64,000 nucleotides of DNA from Mobula hypostoma. Lineage: Eukaryota. Below the pieces are notes generated by a model. The model made no database searches. It was given only the letters and a program-made list of their open reading frames with translations, and was not told where the DNA came from. The position numbers and the translations under genes were made by a program. Where the stretch lies: the NCBI RefSeq assembly GCF_963921235.1, contig NC_086108.1, positions 15,314,001 to 15,378,000 of the forward strand, given 5' to 3'. The first letter of the stretch is position 1. Each line of letters starts with the position of its first letter. This document shows positions 25,771 through 39,499 of this stretch, in pieces.

Positions 25771-26793
25771 GGCTACGTCCACACTACGCCGGATAATTTT
25801 GAAAATGCCGGTTTCGAGTAAAAACGACAGGTGTCCACACTAAGTGTTTATCAAAATATCTCCGTCCACATTAGGCGGATAGTTGGGCGAATCTCCTCCT
25901 ACTGGGCATGCGCAGGACACACAGAAAACAAGTGAAGAGGAAACGGTATATTTGGTGCGCGTTCGTCCAGTTACAGAGTAGAAAAACTTAAAAGGACTTG
26001 CTCTTGGCTGTCGTGCAGGAGGACTTAAAACTAAAAAAAACAAATACTGGAGCGTATGGAGGCAACCGACAGGGAGTTCACGGACAGTATGACCCAGCTG
26101 ACGACGAACATTGAAAAACTGACTAACTCTGTTGCAATAATAAAGCACCTTGTTAAATGTAAAAAACGTCTGCATCGGTGTTATCTTGTATTTCCATACA
26201 ATGTTACATTAGGCTGTTACACATCTATTGTCAGAGAAGTATTTGCATAAACAGATGAACCACCTTCATACAAGCAAGGACAGAAAACAGGGCAAAGTGA
26301 GTATACTTATTTATTCAGTAAGTTATGGGTCAAAGTAGTTGATGAGTACATTTTTAACCCTTCAGTCTCGTTGCCGTCTGTTCTGAAATTGTTAGGTGGT
26401 TGTGTTCAAGAAAACAACGAAATGCCGTGCTGCGGCTGTCTGTTCCGGCACGTCATGACAGCGTTTTTAAATAGTCAAAAAAAGCTCACTTTACAATTTA
26501 ACTCTCATGCCGTTCACACTGACTGCGTGTTATAACAGCTCGCGCAGTACCAAGCAGAAGCAGAAAAAGCATTGTTGTTGTGGTGTTGTCATGACAACAT
26601 TTTAAAATCTCTTCGTTAACCCCGTACACACTATGCCGGATATTAAGCGTTTTCAGATTTATTCACTCTGGAGAGCGTTTTCGAAAATCTCCATTTTCGG
26701 AGGCTGAAAATGCCAGCTCAGTGTGGACAGGAAGGCAAAACGAAGAGAAAAAGCTTTGTTTTCAAAATTATCCGGTGTAGTGTGGACGTACCC
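25771..26793. mobile_element. PIF/Harbinger-type non-autonomous DNA transposon
   Basis: 35-bp TIR GG(C/G)TACGTCCACACTAC(G/A)CCGGATAATTTTGAAAA; 3-bp TSD TCA (25768-25770, 26794-26796). Confidence 0.85.
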
Positions 26794-27375
26794 TCACTTG
26801 CCCATCCATTGATATGTACCCACAACCAATGATCTCACTTTAAGGACTCTTTATCTTGTAATCTCATGTTCTCATTATTTATTGCTATTTATTTATATTT
26901 GCAATTGCACAGTTTGTTGTCTTCTGTACTCCAGTTGATTTTTCATTGATCCAGTTATAGTTACTATTCTATAGGTTTGCTGAGTATGCCCATAGGAAAA
27001 TGAATCTCAGGGTTGTATATGGTGACATATGTACTTTGATAATAATGTTTACTTTGAACTTTGTTCTGCATCCTCCTCACACTTCAGATCAGAACTTAGT
27101 GCGTGAGGAATTACTGGCAATAACCTAAACAAGAAACATTTTGCATTTGAAGACCATGCAAGTGGTGACTGAGAACTTTTTCTAAATTTTTAAAGAATAT
27201 GGTTTAATTTAACTGACTCTGTTAGCATTTAGCTTCTTTTATTTACCTAGTTTCTCATCCATGGCTTCTTTCTCCCTAAGGAGTTTAATGTGGAAAATGG
27301 AAGAAAAATAACATATTTTTAGAGATCCTCTCTCACAATCTGATCTTTCAGGGTGCTGCTGTGATTTGTTGAGAC

Positions 27376-27516
27376 ATGGATGGCCAGGCTGGTTTGAGGA
27401 AAGTGAGCAGTTCCTCAGACTCTGTTTCCACACTGAACAGCGAAGAGTTTGTCATTGTGTCTCAGCCAGCTGAGGACTCTTCCTCCACCAATGGAGAAGA
27501 CAAACCAGCATTGAAG
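27376..27516 (+). CDS. RABGAP1L: Rab GTPase-activating protein 1-like, first coding exon (exon spans 27352-27516)
   Basis: MDGQAGLRKVSSSSDSVSTLNSEEFVIVSQPAEDSSSTNGEDKPALK matches the RABGAP1/RABGAP1L N-terminus as I recall it (SSDSVxTxNSEEFV...KPxLK). Acceptor tttcAG at 27350-27351, donor AAG|GTAATC at 27517; 141 nt, phase 0. Confidence 0.93.
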
Positions 27517-28592
27517 GTAATCAAATGTTTCTTCTTCTCACAGACTGCGAACAGAGAGCAATTATAATAAAGAATTGTTTTATCTGCAAAGCACAGTGCT
27601 AACATTAATAGACAGTACAAGGCACATATAGCACATGTAAGATAGCAGTAAAATACAATCACACAGAAACATACTGTATAGTCCAAGTCCTTGAGTCCAT
27701 GAATGTTGCAGCAGTCTGCATTTGAACACAATACAAGTTGCCTTCTGCCAAGTGAACACTGGGGGCAGCACCGACTCCAGCATGGATGCCGTGCCACACA
27801 GCCTCCGGAACTCCAGTGGAGTGCCTGATTCCAATGTCTCCTCCTGCATGGCTGCAAATAGGTGACACCATGGCTTGCGGTCTATTCCTTACTACAACCG
27901 AGACTATGCAGCTCCCTCGTCATTCGTCAATAAACCAATGTCCAACAGGGTCTTGTGATCACAAGAAAAACAATTAAGACAATCAATCGCTGTTAGACGG
28001 CACACCTCCTTCGCACCGATGCCCCTCTGTCACAGGCAGTGTCATGGTCCATACCAACTCCAGCTCCTTCAGTTTATCTGCCAATGAGCAACTTGCTAAA
28101 GGGGTAGATAATGGAATTGGATTTTTTGCACCAACTTGTCCATGCTTGGATTCCCATTCTATCCGTGTACTTGTCTAAATATTGTTAATGCATCTGCCAT
28201 CTTACACACACTGACCAATCCTTTGGTGCAAAATTTGTCTCTCAGGTTCCGATTAAAACTGTCCCCTCTCACCTTCAGCCTGTGCCATAGAGCATAGAAT
28301 TATTCGGCATGGAACCAGGCCCTTCAGCCCAACTACCAGCTAGTCCATACAGACCAAGATGCCCCATCCAAACTAGTCTCATTTAATAGCATGTGAACCA
28401 TAAACTTTTAAACCTTTCAACTCCATCTACCTGCCGTTCTGTCTAAAGGTATTATTGTACCACTTCTGGTAGCTCATTCCACATATACACAGATGGCCTG
28501 CAAATTCATATTAAGTCCTTTCCCCTCTCACTGTAAACTTATGCCGGCTACTTATTGATTTCCCAATCCCTCATGATTTTATGGAAAATATG

Positions 28593-30060
28593 CAGTGGTA
28601 TGCATAAGTTTGGGCACCCCTGGTCAAAATTTTTGTTACTGTAAATAGCTAACTGAGTAAAAGATTACCTCATTTCCACCCTGCATGGTCAGTACTTAGT
28701 AACAACCCCTTTGGCAAATATCACAGCTTGTAAACGCTTTCTATAGCCAGCTAAGAGTCTTTCAATTCTTGTTTGGGGGATTTTCACCCATTCTTCCTTG
28801 CAAAAGGCTTCTAGTTCTGTGAGATTCTTGGGCTATCTTGTATGCACTGCTCTTTTGAGGTCTATCCACAGATTCTGGATGATGTTTAGGTCAGGGGACT
28901 GTGAGGGCCATGGCAAAACCTTCAGCTTGCGTCTCTTGAGGTAGTCCATTGTGGATTTTGAGGTGTGTTTAGGATCATTATCCTGTTGTAGAAGCCATCC
29001 TCTTTTCACCTTCAGCTTTTTTACAGACAGTGTGATGTTTGCTTCCAGAGTTTGCTGGTACTTAATTGAATTCATTCTTCCCTCTACCAGTGAAATGTTC
29101 CTTGTGCCACTGGTTGCAACACAAGCCCAAAGCATGATCGATCCACCCCCGTGCTTAACAGTGGAGAGGTGTTCTTTTCATGAAATTTTGCACGCTGTTT
29201 TCTCCAAACATACCTTTGCTCATTACGGCCAAAAAGTTCTATTTTAACTTCATCAGTCCACAGGACTTGTTTCCAAAATGCATCAAACTTGTTTAGACGT
29301 TCCTTTGCAAACTTCTGATGCTGAATTTTGTGGTGAGGACGCAGAAAAGGTTTTCTTCTGATGACTCTTCCATGAATGTCATATTTGTGCAGGTGTCGCT
29401 GCACAGTAGAACAGTGCACCACCACTCCAGAAGGTCTTTTGCAGTCAAACGGAGGTTTTGATTTGCCTTTCTAGCACTCCTACGAGCAGTTCTCTCGGAA
29501 AGTTTTCTTGGTCTTTCAGACCTCAACTTGACCTCCACCATTCCTGTTAACTGCCATTTCTTAATTACATTACGACTGAGGAAACGGCTACCTGAAAACA
29601 CTTTGCTATATAGCCTTCTGCTGCTTTGTGGGCATCATTTATTTTGATTTTCAGAGTGCTAGGCAGCTGCTTAGAGGAGCCCATGGCTGCTGATTGTTGG
29701 GACAAAGTCTGAGGAGTCAGGGTATTTATAAAGCTTTGAAATTTGCATCACCTGGCCTTTCCTAACGATGACTGTGAACAAGCCATAGCCCTAACAAGCT
29801 AATTAAAGTCTCAGACCTTGGTAAAAGTTATCTGAGAGCTCAAATTTCTTGGGGTGCCCAAACTTTTGCATGGTGCTTCTTCCCTTTTTTTCACTCTAAA
29901 ATTATACAAAACAAAAATAATACACTAATCTTGCTTAAAATGTTGAAAAGAATGTTTCATCTTTAATTTTATGACTTTTGGAGATCAGTTCATCTTCTAC
30001 TCAACTATTCACAGTAACAGAAATTTTGACCAGGGGTGCCCAAACTTTTGCATGTTACTA
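28593..30060 (-). mobile_element. Tc1/mariner transposon with disrupted DD34E transposase
   Basis: TIRs CAGTGGTATGCATAAGTTTGGGCACCCCTGGTCAAAAT and its complement; VLWTDE, QQDNDPKHTSK and WPSQSPDLNII motifs split across frames. Confidence 0.93.
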
Positions 30061-31483
30061 TATCCAATCCATCACCTACACTCCAAAGAATAACATCAGT
30101 GACTGTCCACCCTCTGCCTACAATTGCTTAGGTCCTGGCAACATCCTTGTAAATGTTTTCTTAACTCTTTCCAGTTTAATAACATATCTCCTTTAGCAGG
30201 GTGACCAAAATTGAACACAATACTTAAAGTGCAGTCTCACTAGCATCTTGTAGAACCACAATATGACCTACCAACATGTTTAATGGCCTGATTTACGAAG
30301 GCCAATGTCCTCTAGTTCTCGATTCCTCAACCCTGGGGAAAAGATTTGTTGCATTTATCCTTTCTATACCCCTTATGATTTTATACACTTCTGGACGATC
30401 ACCTTTCAATCTCCTACACACGAAAGAATAAAGTTCCAAACTGCTCAACCTCTATCCATATTTCAGTCTCTTGTCCCGATAGCTTCCTCGTAAATCTGCT
30501 CTGCACTCTTCCCAGCTGAAAGGCATCTGTCCTCTAGCACAGTGATTAAAACTGAATGCAACGTTCCAGATGTGACCTCACCAGTGCATAATACAACTGC
30601 AACATAACATCCGACTTCTATACTCAGTGACCTGACTGATGAAGGTCAACGTGGCAAAAGCTGACTCCACCACCCTGTCTGCCTGTGATACCACTTTTAG
30701 GGAACCATGTAGTTACACTCCTAGGTTCCTCTGTTCTATAACTCTTAGTCCTACCATTTAGTGAAAGCAGAAAATGTAGATCTCCAACAATTGCAGTTTT
30801 TTTTGTTTTCTGTGACTGCAGCTTATCCAAATTTCTGCCTTCTATCATTGTCTTCATCAGATGATATAAGCTTAATCCTACCCTTCTCATTGACTTGCAT
30901 TGCAATGTCATTCCCCAAAATGTCAAATGTAACATTCACACACTTCTTTTTGCACTTCCTTGTTTTAATGTCACTGTTATTGCCTGTGGCGCCATGCTCC
31001 CAACTTTTTATGCTTTGCGTCATCATCGTGGCTGACTCTTCAGCTCGCAAGCTCTCGCACTTGGTTGCCTAGTCTAGATTTAGTAGATCACCACCTTCTC
31101 ATTTTCCAGCATCTCTTCTGCCAGGTGGGGGAAAGGGAGCGACGGAGTTGGGGGACGGTGGCTGGTGGATGATTGCTAAAAACAGAAAAGGAGAGAGTGG
31201 AAAAGGGGCATGGGGACGGTGGAAGTAGGAAGTAGAGATGGGGGCTGGAACAAGAGGCTGCAGGTGCCGGAGTCTGATACAAGGAAGGTGATAAGTGGAA
31301 ACACGGTAGTATTTCTCTGCTCCTTTCTCTCTCCCGATGCAGCCAGAATTTCTCCTCCCCATCTGGTTCTATCTGCTTACATTATACCTATAGAGTCTCC
31401 TATTCCCTCTCCCAACTGGTTCCACCTGTCTAGAGTCCTTTCCTTATATTATTCCACTTATCAACTTACTTACTTATCGGATT

Positions 31484-31768
31484 GTGTTGGTGCGTGGCCA
31501 AGTGGTTAAGGCATCGGTCTAGTGATCTGAAGGTCGCTAGTTTGAGTCTCAGCTGAGGCAGCGTGTTGTGTCCTTGAGCAAGGCACTTAACCACACACTG
31601 CTGTGCAACGACATCGGTGCCAAGCTGTATCGGCCCTAGTGCCCTTCCCTTGGACAACATCGGTGGTGTGGAGAGAGGAGGTCGTCCATACAACCTTGCC
31701 CAGGCCTGCGCCCTGGAAACCTTCCAAGGCGCAAATCCGTGGTCTCACGAGACTAACGGATGCTTATA
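31484..31768 (+). mobile_element. tRNA-derived CORE-like SINE
   Basis: A box TGGCCAAGTGG, degenerate B box GTTTGAGTC, CORE-like GTGTCCTTGAGCAAGGCACTTAACC. Confidence 0.75.
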
Positions 31769-32174
31769 CTTCTCAGATTCCAGAATCTGCAGCCTTTTTC
31801 GTCTGTTCGTTTTGTGATGTATGCTGAAACCTACAACTGATGTTCCATGGACTTGGCAAGTTCAGAGTGTTGAAGGCTGACGAATTCACTTCAGAACAAC
31901 AGCAAAAGTTATCAAATTAATTAGCTTTTTGTAAATGTGAAACAAGGTTCTGATCAGTGCCGGTAAGTGCAAATTTTATTTAAGCATATGTTTTCAAAGC
32001 TTGTGTAAACTTGTTTGTATTTCAGATTTATGATTGAAATGTTTAAAAATCTCCAAACGTGGTGGAATTGGGGAATTTGCTGTGGCCTGTGGTAGAATGA
32101 ATTCTTTGAACTGTACTGTGTATTCATATTGTAAATGGCATTGCAGTATGTTACTTTGTTGTCGTTGTCTCCAG

Positions 32175-32337
32175 ATCACTTGTAATGGGAATGAGCAGCA
32201 GCTAAAGACAGCGCTGGAGGAGGGCCAGAAAGATTATGTACTAACTGGAGCAGGAGGAGAGAAGGGAAGCAGAAGCCTGATGTCCCGAGGAGAACAAAAG
32301 CCTCCACAATTAACCTTGGATTCCTCTGCAATGGAAG
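32175..32337 (+). CDS. RABGAP1L: RABGAP1L second coding exon
   Basis: ctccAG acceptor and G|GTAAGT donor; 163 nt, phase 0 to 1. Encodes ITCNGNEQQLKTALEE...QKPPQLTLDSSAME, resembling the recalled IVSNGDEQLEKAMEE...KPSLQLILDPSNTE of RABGAP1L. Confidence 0.9.
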
Positions 32338-33132
32338 GTAAGTACTTGGTGTGTGCTTAATACAGTTTAATTGTAGACAACTGGTGCACAGAGGACAGTT
32401 GCACATGGCAACAAGCTGCATGAAATAGTGTTTTCTCTGTTGTGTACTATTCATATATTCACATCAGAGGTTAGTTTCTGATATGGAAAGAAATTGTAAA
32501 CTTAATAAGATATTTGGCACTTTTTTTTAACCATTGTAAATATTGCTGTATCCTGTGTCATGGGGGTAGGGAGAAACCTTTTTGTTTTGACTCTCATCAG
32601 CCTGAACGCTGCGGGGAAAATATTCACCACTTCTTCTGCAAGTTCCTTATAATCTGTGGCTCACTGTGAGGACGATGAATACAGCAAAGGGGAAATTGCC
32701 TATCTACTTTGCACCCTGTATCCTATTTTGGACTTTTTGAATACACCCACATTTAATTATGTTGCTTCCAATCTCTGCCTTGTAAGTGGCCTCTATTTGC
32801 ATACACACTTCCTCACTGAAGAAAGGAAGTTGTTTTCTTGAAACAAAGCTCTTTTTGGTTTAATCGTCATGTTGGACTGTTTATTTGAAGTTCATGTCCT
32901 TGAAAATTCATGCCAGCATTATGTGTAGCCAACTAAATCTATAATGAAAATGCTTCTGGAAATGCTCTGTGAGTCAGAGAAGGTCTGTGGAGACACAAAC
33001 AGAATCAAAGTTTAGATCAATGAGACGTTATCAGAGCTGGAAAAAACAAAAGTATGTTTCAAATTGCAGAGAGAGGAGTGGAGAGACTAATGGGTGCATC
33101 TGTGATTGTGTTGATACTGAGGTTGCCTAGAT

Positions 33133-34362
33133 CAGGGGTCCCCAACCTTTATTGCAACGTGGACTGGTTTATTATTGACAATATTCTTGCGGACTGGTGG
33201 ACCCGGGGGGGGGGGGTGGGGGCAGGTAGGGTTGCCAACGGACAAGAGTAGCAGTCAAATACGTTGTGCTTACCCCAAGAAAGACTACAATGACCATGAA
33301 ACCTTGCGCGGGCACCAGTGCGCATGCGTAGCTTGCGTGTACGTGCCGATTTTTTTCTACAAATCGTTTCTGGCGATTCTGTTCGCGGGGGGGGGGGGGG
33401 GTTAATCATGACCGGAATATAGGTGATAAGTGGCTAATGCACTCAATTTCGTTTCTAAAAGGGTTTATCTAACGAATTTAATATTAAACACACAGCTCAT
33501 ATTTTCCTTGCATGAATATAGTGATAAGTCAATTATCAGGGGAGGACAGGGGAGCTTGAAGTAAGTGTTGAATGAACTTCCAGTAGAAGTGGTAGAAGCA
33601 GGTTTGATATTATCATTTAAAGAAAAATTGGATAGGTATATGGACAGGAAAGGAATAGAGGGTTATGGGCTGAGTGCAGGTCGGCGGGACTAGGTGAAAG
33701 TAGCGTTCAGCATGGACTAGAAGGGCCAAGGTCACCTGTTTCTGTGCTGTAGTTGTTATATGGTTATATAAGTCACTTATGTCAATAGCATCATAACATT
33801 TTAAGTAACGTTTGGATATTAAACACACAGCACATGTTTTCCCTGTATGAGCATATAAAATCATTGCAATACACCAATATCGCTGAATCACTGGGAGCCC
33901 TTAGCTTGTTTTCCTGCAACAAGATGGTCCTATCGCGGGGTGATGGGAGACAGTGATACTCGAAGGGGGTTCCTTATTTCCAGTCTATTCTGCAATTTAG
34001 TTTTCGTTGCATTCATTGCAGAGATATGTTGGAAATGGAAGCAACCTTTTCAGTGCTTTCGTGGCTATCTCAGGATATTCACCCTTGACTTTGATCCAGA
34101 ATGCTGGCAGAGATGTTATGTCAAACATACTTTTCAGCCCGCCGTCATTTGCAAGCTCAAGGAGTTGATCTCCTTCCCACGCTGACATGGATGACACGCG
34201 GGTAATGACCTCGCGTGCGTTCAAGCTCAACAGTGGGCGTGACAGGGAATGAGGAAAGGTGCAGCTGACTCATATCACCAAATCATAATGTTACCTCGTG
34301 GCCCGGTAGTGCATGCTTTGCGGCCCGGTACCGGTCTGCGGCTTGGTGGTTGGGGACCACTG
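33133..34362. mobile_element. hAT (Charlie-like) non-autonomous transposon
   Basis: TIR CAGGGGTCCCCAACC / GGTTGGGGACCACTG; 8-bp TSD GCCTAGAT; minus-strand remnant SLPAFWIKVKGEYPEIATKALKRLLPFPTYLC (hAT dimerisation domain). Confidence 0.93.
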
Positions 34363-36488
34363 GCCTAGATGACACAGATGTTTTGTTGCTGGAGCAAAGC
34401 AATTGAAGGTGATCATGATCATTCCTGAAGCACACTGCTGTGCTCCTTCAGAAAGGAGTTAAAATATTCTTAAGGTGCAGTCTATAAGGAATGTTGTGAT
34501 TCAAGTTTAAAAAAAACACCACTACCACCTTAAGGAACTGTGGACAATACAACAGAATCCTGGAGATATTCAGCAAGCCGCACAGCATCTGTGAAGAGAG
34601 AAATAGTGTTAACATTTCAGGTCAATGACCTTTCATCAAAAGTAGGAAAGGTCAAGGGGAGGATGAAGAGCCATGCCAGCATCGATCGTCAACAACCCAA
34701 CCCAAGAATTTTGTGTGATTCAGTGGATTGTTTCGTAATGGATGTACAAATGGAGCAATGGTTGTGATATTAATTTAGTTCGAAGAGTTATGTAATCCAT
34801 TTAACTTATTACTTAGCTTGGTCAGTTTAAGCCAGTTTTGGTGATGGGTATACATACTGTCTGTTTGTAGGTCCTTCTTTTTCTTTGGAGCTTTCCAGCA
34901 CTAGTTGACTTTGGAATATTGATTTTTCATTTGAGGGTGTGGTAGGTGGTAATCAGCATGGTATTACCGTAACTTTATACCTAAAGCAGTTGAAAGCTCA
35001 TGCTGACTGTAGTTCAAAGTTCGAACTTGGTGCAGAGAGAGGTTTTTCAACCCACTGATTCAATACCAGAGCAATCAGTGAATAAGGTCTGTTAATCAGA
35101 TGCTAGAACATTCTTGTCCCTCCAACAGGTGTTGCCCCATTAGTTTCTTAACATAGTGTGAATTTCTATGACCCAGATATATTTTGGATGAGGCTAATCC
35201 CTGTTGTGATGGGGTGACTTCATTTGGGTAAAAATGGAATGAAGATACAAATATGTTGTTACATATTTGGATGTGGTGAAAGGAGTAATAGACACAGAAG
35301 CAAGATGAAACAGGTGAACCCTTTAGTTTGGTGCTGATTTCTTGACCATAAAACAGCTGTTAAAGAGTTTTACTCAGGATCTTAAAAGTCTTCTAGTAGT
35401 TGTTCAAACAGTGTATATTTCACCACCCAGTAATCTTTCACTCTACAGTGACCTGGAAATATGAAAAGGTAAAAGATTGATCAGTGTATAGTTTTATTGA
35501 GCTGTCTGAAGGAATACCAAATTAGTAACAGGTCAGTGTTAATTACCTCTGCTGCACAAATGTAGGATCACAGCTATTTAGAGAGTCATTTACAAACCTG
35601 AGTCGAGGTAAAGCCGATTGGAATCACAAGCAAGAAGGAGATGGTATGGGTACAGTTAACAAGGAGTGCCTTTGAATAGAGCCATGCGTTTGCTCTGACT
35701 TCTTTCAGCAAAAATTTCTTTTAAAAAGAAAGCATTTCATGTTCATTTTGGTTTATTGGCTTTAATAAAGTTGCTATGAAAAGATCTAACCCAATTTAGT
35801 GCCAGGACAGAATTTATGAGTCAATTGTAGGGGCTTGGGTGTGTAAGATGCTCTTGCACCTTGGGATGTTCGTCTGTGTTAAATTCCCATGCTTAAATTT
35901 GCATTCTCGTGCAACACAATAACCTTGAGTTAACTGAGTTAATGGTTGTTGCATGCAACACTCAGGCACTGACTGAGAATGTCTGCAGGGCAGTTTAATG
36001 TGTTCCTGGGTCACAGTATGGATGTGGAATTTTGTACTTTACCCCTCAGTTGAGGTGTGATGCTGCAAGTTCTTTTGTGGGTGAGTTTTAGTATGAAACT
36101 TTGCTCACAATAGTTGGTACCATGATTTGTGCACCATATAAAGTTCCACTAAGGCTGAGCCATGATATTTTAATAGGACTTGACGTTATCATGGATTCCT
36201 CATTAACAGTTGATTGCCAACCCTCATGTTAGACCCATTGCTTTGAAAACTGAGGTGGTTTGTCCTCTCTTGGGAAGTAAGTATTTAAGCACTTACTTCA
36301 TTTATCTTATTATACAAGAGTAGATAGCATGGTGATTTTAGGCAGTAATTTATTGGCCTTTTAACATTTTGGCTCTTGATATTGAGCAATTCCTATTCTG
36401 CTGTTAGAATACTGCAGGATGGAGCACTCCGAACAGTTTGGAATGAACACATTCACATTAGTAATTGTTTTGTCATGTATATTGAGAC

Positions 36489-37387
36489 TGTGACGAGAAT
36501 ACACATAGATTAAGATGTTAGCTGTCCTGTGCTGGCACCAGTGGGATCAGCAGTTGGTCTGCCACCTGTCTTCAGGAGAAAGAGAGATAAGGAAAACAAT
36601 GGAGCAGCATTTGGAGATGTTAATGAAGGGACGGGAGAGTTTAACGGAAGGAGAGCTGTCAAGATCGGCTCCCCCTTTGAACCCTGAACTGTTTGAAGTG
36701 ATGGACAGGCGATACCCCAGCAGGGGGATAAAAAGGGACAGGTTCGCTAAGGCAAGACACACACGACACCCCGAGGTAACGAGACCCTGGAAGCGGTGCG
36801 TCTCCCACAAGTCGGTGGGAAGTTTTGGAGGGCTGGTCGCAGGACCAAGCCATAGACGCGCAGGGTGGAAAGGCACGATCGGCGGGAACGTGGTGTGTGT
36901 CCGCCCTTGCCTGGGTGCCAGGTTCACCGCAGAGAAACGATTGTATCTGGAAACGGAGGGGTCACGGTCGGTGACCTCAGAAGACATCACAAAGGGCTCA
37001 CCCGAAAGCTGACTGCGAAGAATATCGAAGGTCTGTGTGGAAGCCGTTTGAATATTCATTCGTTTTTGCTCTCTCTCTCCTTCCCCCCACTGTCCATCTC
37101 CCACGGCAGTGATTACTGCGAACTGAACTGAATTCAATCGAACTGAACTTTGCGTCACTTTGAAACTGGTCATTTACCCCTAGACGATAGAGCTTGATTG
37201 ATCCTGTTATCCTAATTCTGTGTACATGTGTGTTTATCATTGCTGAACTGTTGCATTTATTATCTTTTTGATTAGAGTACTGTGTTGCTTGTTTCTTTAA
37301 TAAAACTTACTTAGTTCTAGTAATCCGGACTCCAACTGAGTGACCCATTTCTGCTGGTTTGGCAACCCAGTTACGGGGTACGTAACA
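36489..37387 (+). mobile_element. Solo LTR (Ty3/Gypsy- or ERV-type)
   Basis: TG...CA ends, 4-bp TSD AGAC, GATAAAAG TATA-like site at ~36727, AATAAA at 37299; second copy at 52287-53125. Confidence 0.9.
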
Positions 37388-38051
37388 AGACAAAATGAAA
37401 AACTATGTTTGCATGCCATCCAAACAGATAATCCCCTACTCAAGCAAATCAAGGTGGTACATAAGAAGAAACAATAGCAGATGCACAACATAGTGTTAGA
37501 ATTGTAGAGACATTGTCTACCTGCAATTCACTTTCTCTGTATAATAGTATGAGGAATGATGTTGTTGAGATGGACAGTTACTAAAGACATCTTCTATTAT
37601 TGACACTGAGGTATCTTGCTGAAAATTATCCATTTTTCCAAGTCTCTAGTATTAAATTCAATAAATTTGTAAATTGTATGGTGGGTGGCACCATGCCATC
37701 TTTGTTTATAGGCAACATGTAGATTTGTCATCAGCTTGGTAAGATGAGAACAAACTTGAAATTGAAAACTTATGAGCCATCCAATAAGTTTCTAAATTAA
37801 TTTGTCAAGGGTGATGTATTTGAATTCTGATTTTCAACTCTTACACAAGTGGAAATGTAGATTGTGTACCTACATGGATATTCTGTAATAAGGGAGTCAC
37901 TTCCTGACTTGCTAAAGTCTTCTCAATTAATGAAAATCACTCAATTAACCCTAGTACAGTTCTAACAGCAATTACCATCTCGCTGTCAGAAGTAGTTGGG
38001 TCAGGTACAGTAGTAACATTTAAAAGGCACTTGGACAGGTGCATGGATGGG

Positions 38052-38131
38052 AAGGGTTTCCAACCTTTTTAATTGCATGGACCGCCTACCATTATCCGAG
38101 GGGTCCATGGACCCCAGGTTGGGAATCTCTG
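38052..38131. mobile_element. Tiny hAT-type MITE, decayed
   Basis: AGGGTTTCCAACCT...AGGTTGGGAATCTCTG termini, inside a CR1 3' remnant. Confidence 0.5.
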
Positions 38132-38669
38132 GTTTTGAGGGTTTTGGCACAAAAGGAAGTGGCTTTGTTGGGCATTTGATCAGCATGGACCAGTTAGGCC
38201 AAAGGGCCTGTTTCTGTGCTTTATTATTCTATGGCTTTGACCTTGATCAGCATCTTGTCCTTATTTTTCAGGAAGTTAATTCCCTTCATCACTGTTGCAA
38301 TATGGGGTCAGTGAACAGCATCTTCATGAAGCACCACAGTAACTTTCTTCCAGGCCTCCTTTCAGACGAGTTTTACTGTGCATTGTTTGATCTGAATAGT
38401 CAAGGTTCAAAATTGATTTTCAAAACAATAACAGACTGAGAGCTTACAACTTAACCTGGAATTTTCATTTTTTCACAGAGAGGTTTGGTTATGTAATTTA
38501 TTGAGGGATTGGAAAGGGCAAATATTTCCAGTTACAGGGGAATTCCAAGTAAATTGTCATGAATATAACACTAAATCCGGTAAATTTTGGGGAAGTGTTT
38601 TTACCCAGAGAGGGGTAGAGATAATGACCGGCCAGGAGCATTCAGGAGGAAACTAGGGTGAAAGGAATA

Positions 38670-38865
38670 AGATCCTATCACTGCTTGTAAGGAGTTGGTA
38701 CGTTCTCCCCGTGCCTGTATGGGTTTTCTCCAGGTGCTCCAGTTTCCTCCCACACTCCAAAGATATACCAGGTGGTAGATTAATTGGACATTGTAAATTG
38801 TCCCGTGATTAGGCTAGGGTTAAATTGGGGGTTGCTGGGCGGCGTGGCTTAAAAGGCTGGAGGGT
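38670..38865 (+). mobile_element. V-SINE (HE1-like) fragment
   Basis: CGTTCTCCCCGTGCCTGTATGGGTTTTCTCCAGGTGCTCCAGTTTCCTCCCACACTCCAAAGA. Confidence 0.78.
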
Positions 38866-39499
38866 CAAGATACATATCTTCATCCTGGTTTGTCTCTAGC
38901 AGTGTTTCTTGATGTATCTCAATAAAATAAAAATTAAAAAATGTGGAAGGGGCCTATGGGAAGTCTGCTTACAAGTGCAGACTAGTTATTGTGTTCCTTG
39001 AAGATGGTGTGGAGTGCTACCATGGTACACCAGTGTAGGAAGGTGGTGGTGAGGTTGAGGCATCAATCATACAAAATGCTTTACCTTGAAGCTGCACTCA
39101 CCATCACATTGCCTGTAGTTGGTAGATCTGGTGCAATTAGGTGTGTCATATGTTGCAGAATGTCAAGCCTCTGACTTTTTGAAGCCACGGTATTTGTGTG
39201 GCTAATTCCGTTGTTACAAATCCCCAGGATGCTCATGGTATATGAGAAAACTGTGGTACTTGGATATAAAGGAAGGTGATTAGACCATCTCCTATTAGCA
39301 GTGATGTGAAAGTTAGTTACCACAATATTAAATAGAAATTTAATAGAAAGAAAATTCTACAGCTCATTACATCCATGTCAGCTAAAATTATGATTGTTGT
39401 CATACTATTGCAAAATGTAGGAACTGTCTGCTTTATTACTTGAGGAAGAATTTGCTAATAGAACTGAATTTGTTAATAGGTGCTCGGCACTTAACCTTG

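Noticed and set aside
31484..31560. tRNA gene
   Set aside because: The A/B boxes run into a CORE-like body with no convincing cloverleaf; this is a SINE head.
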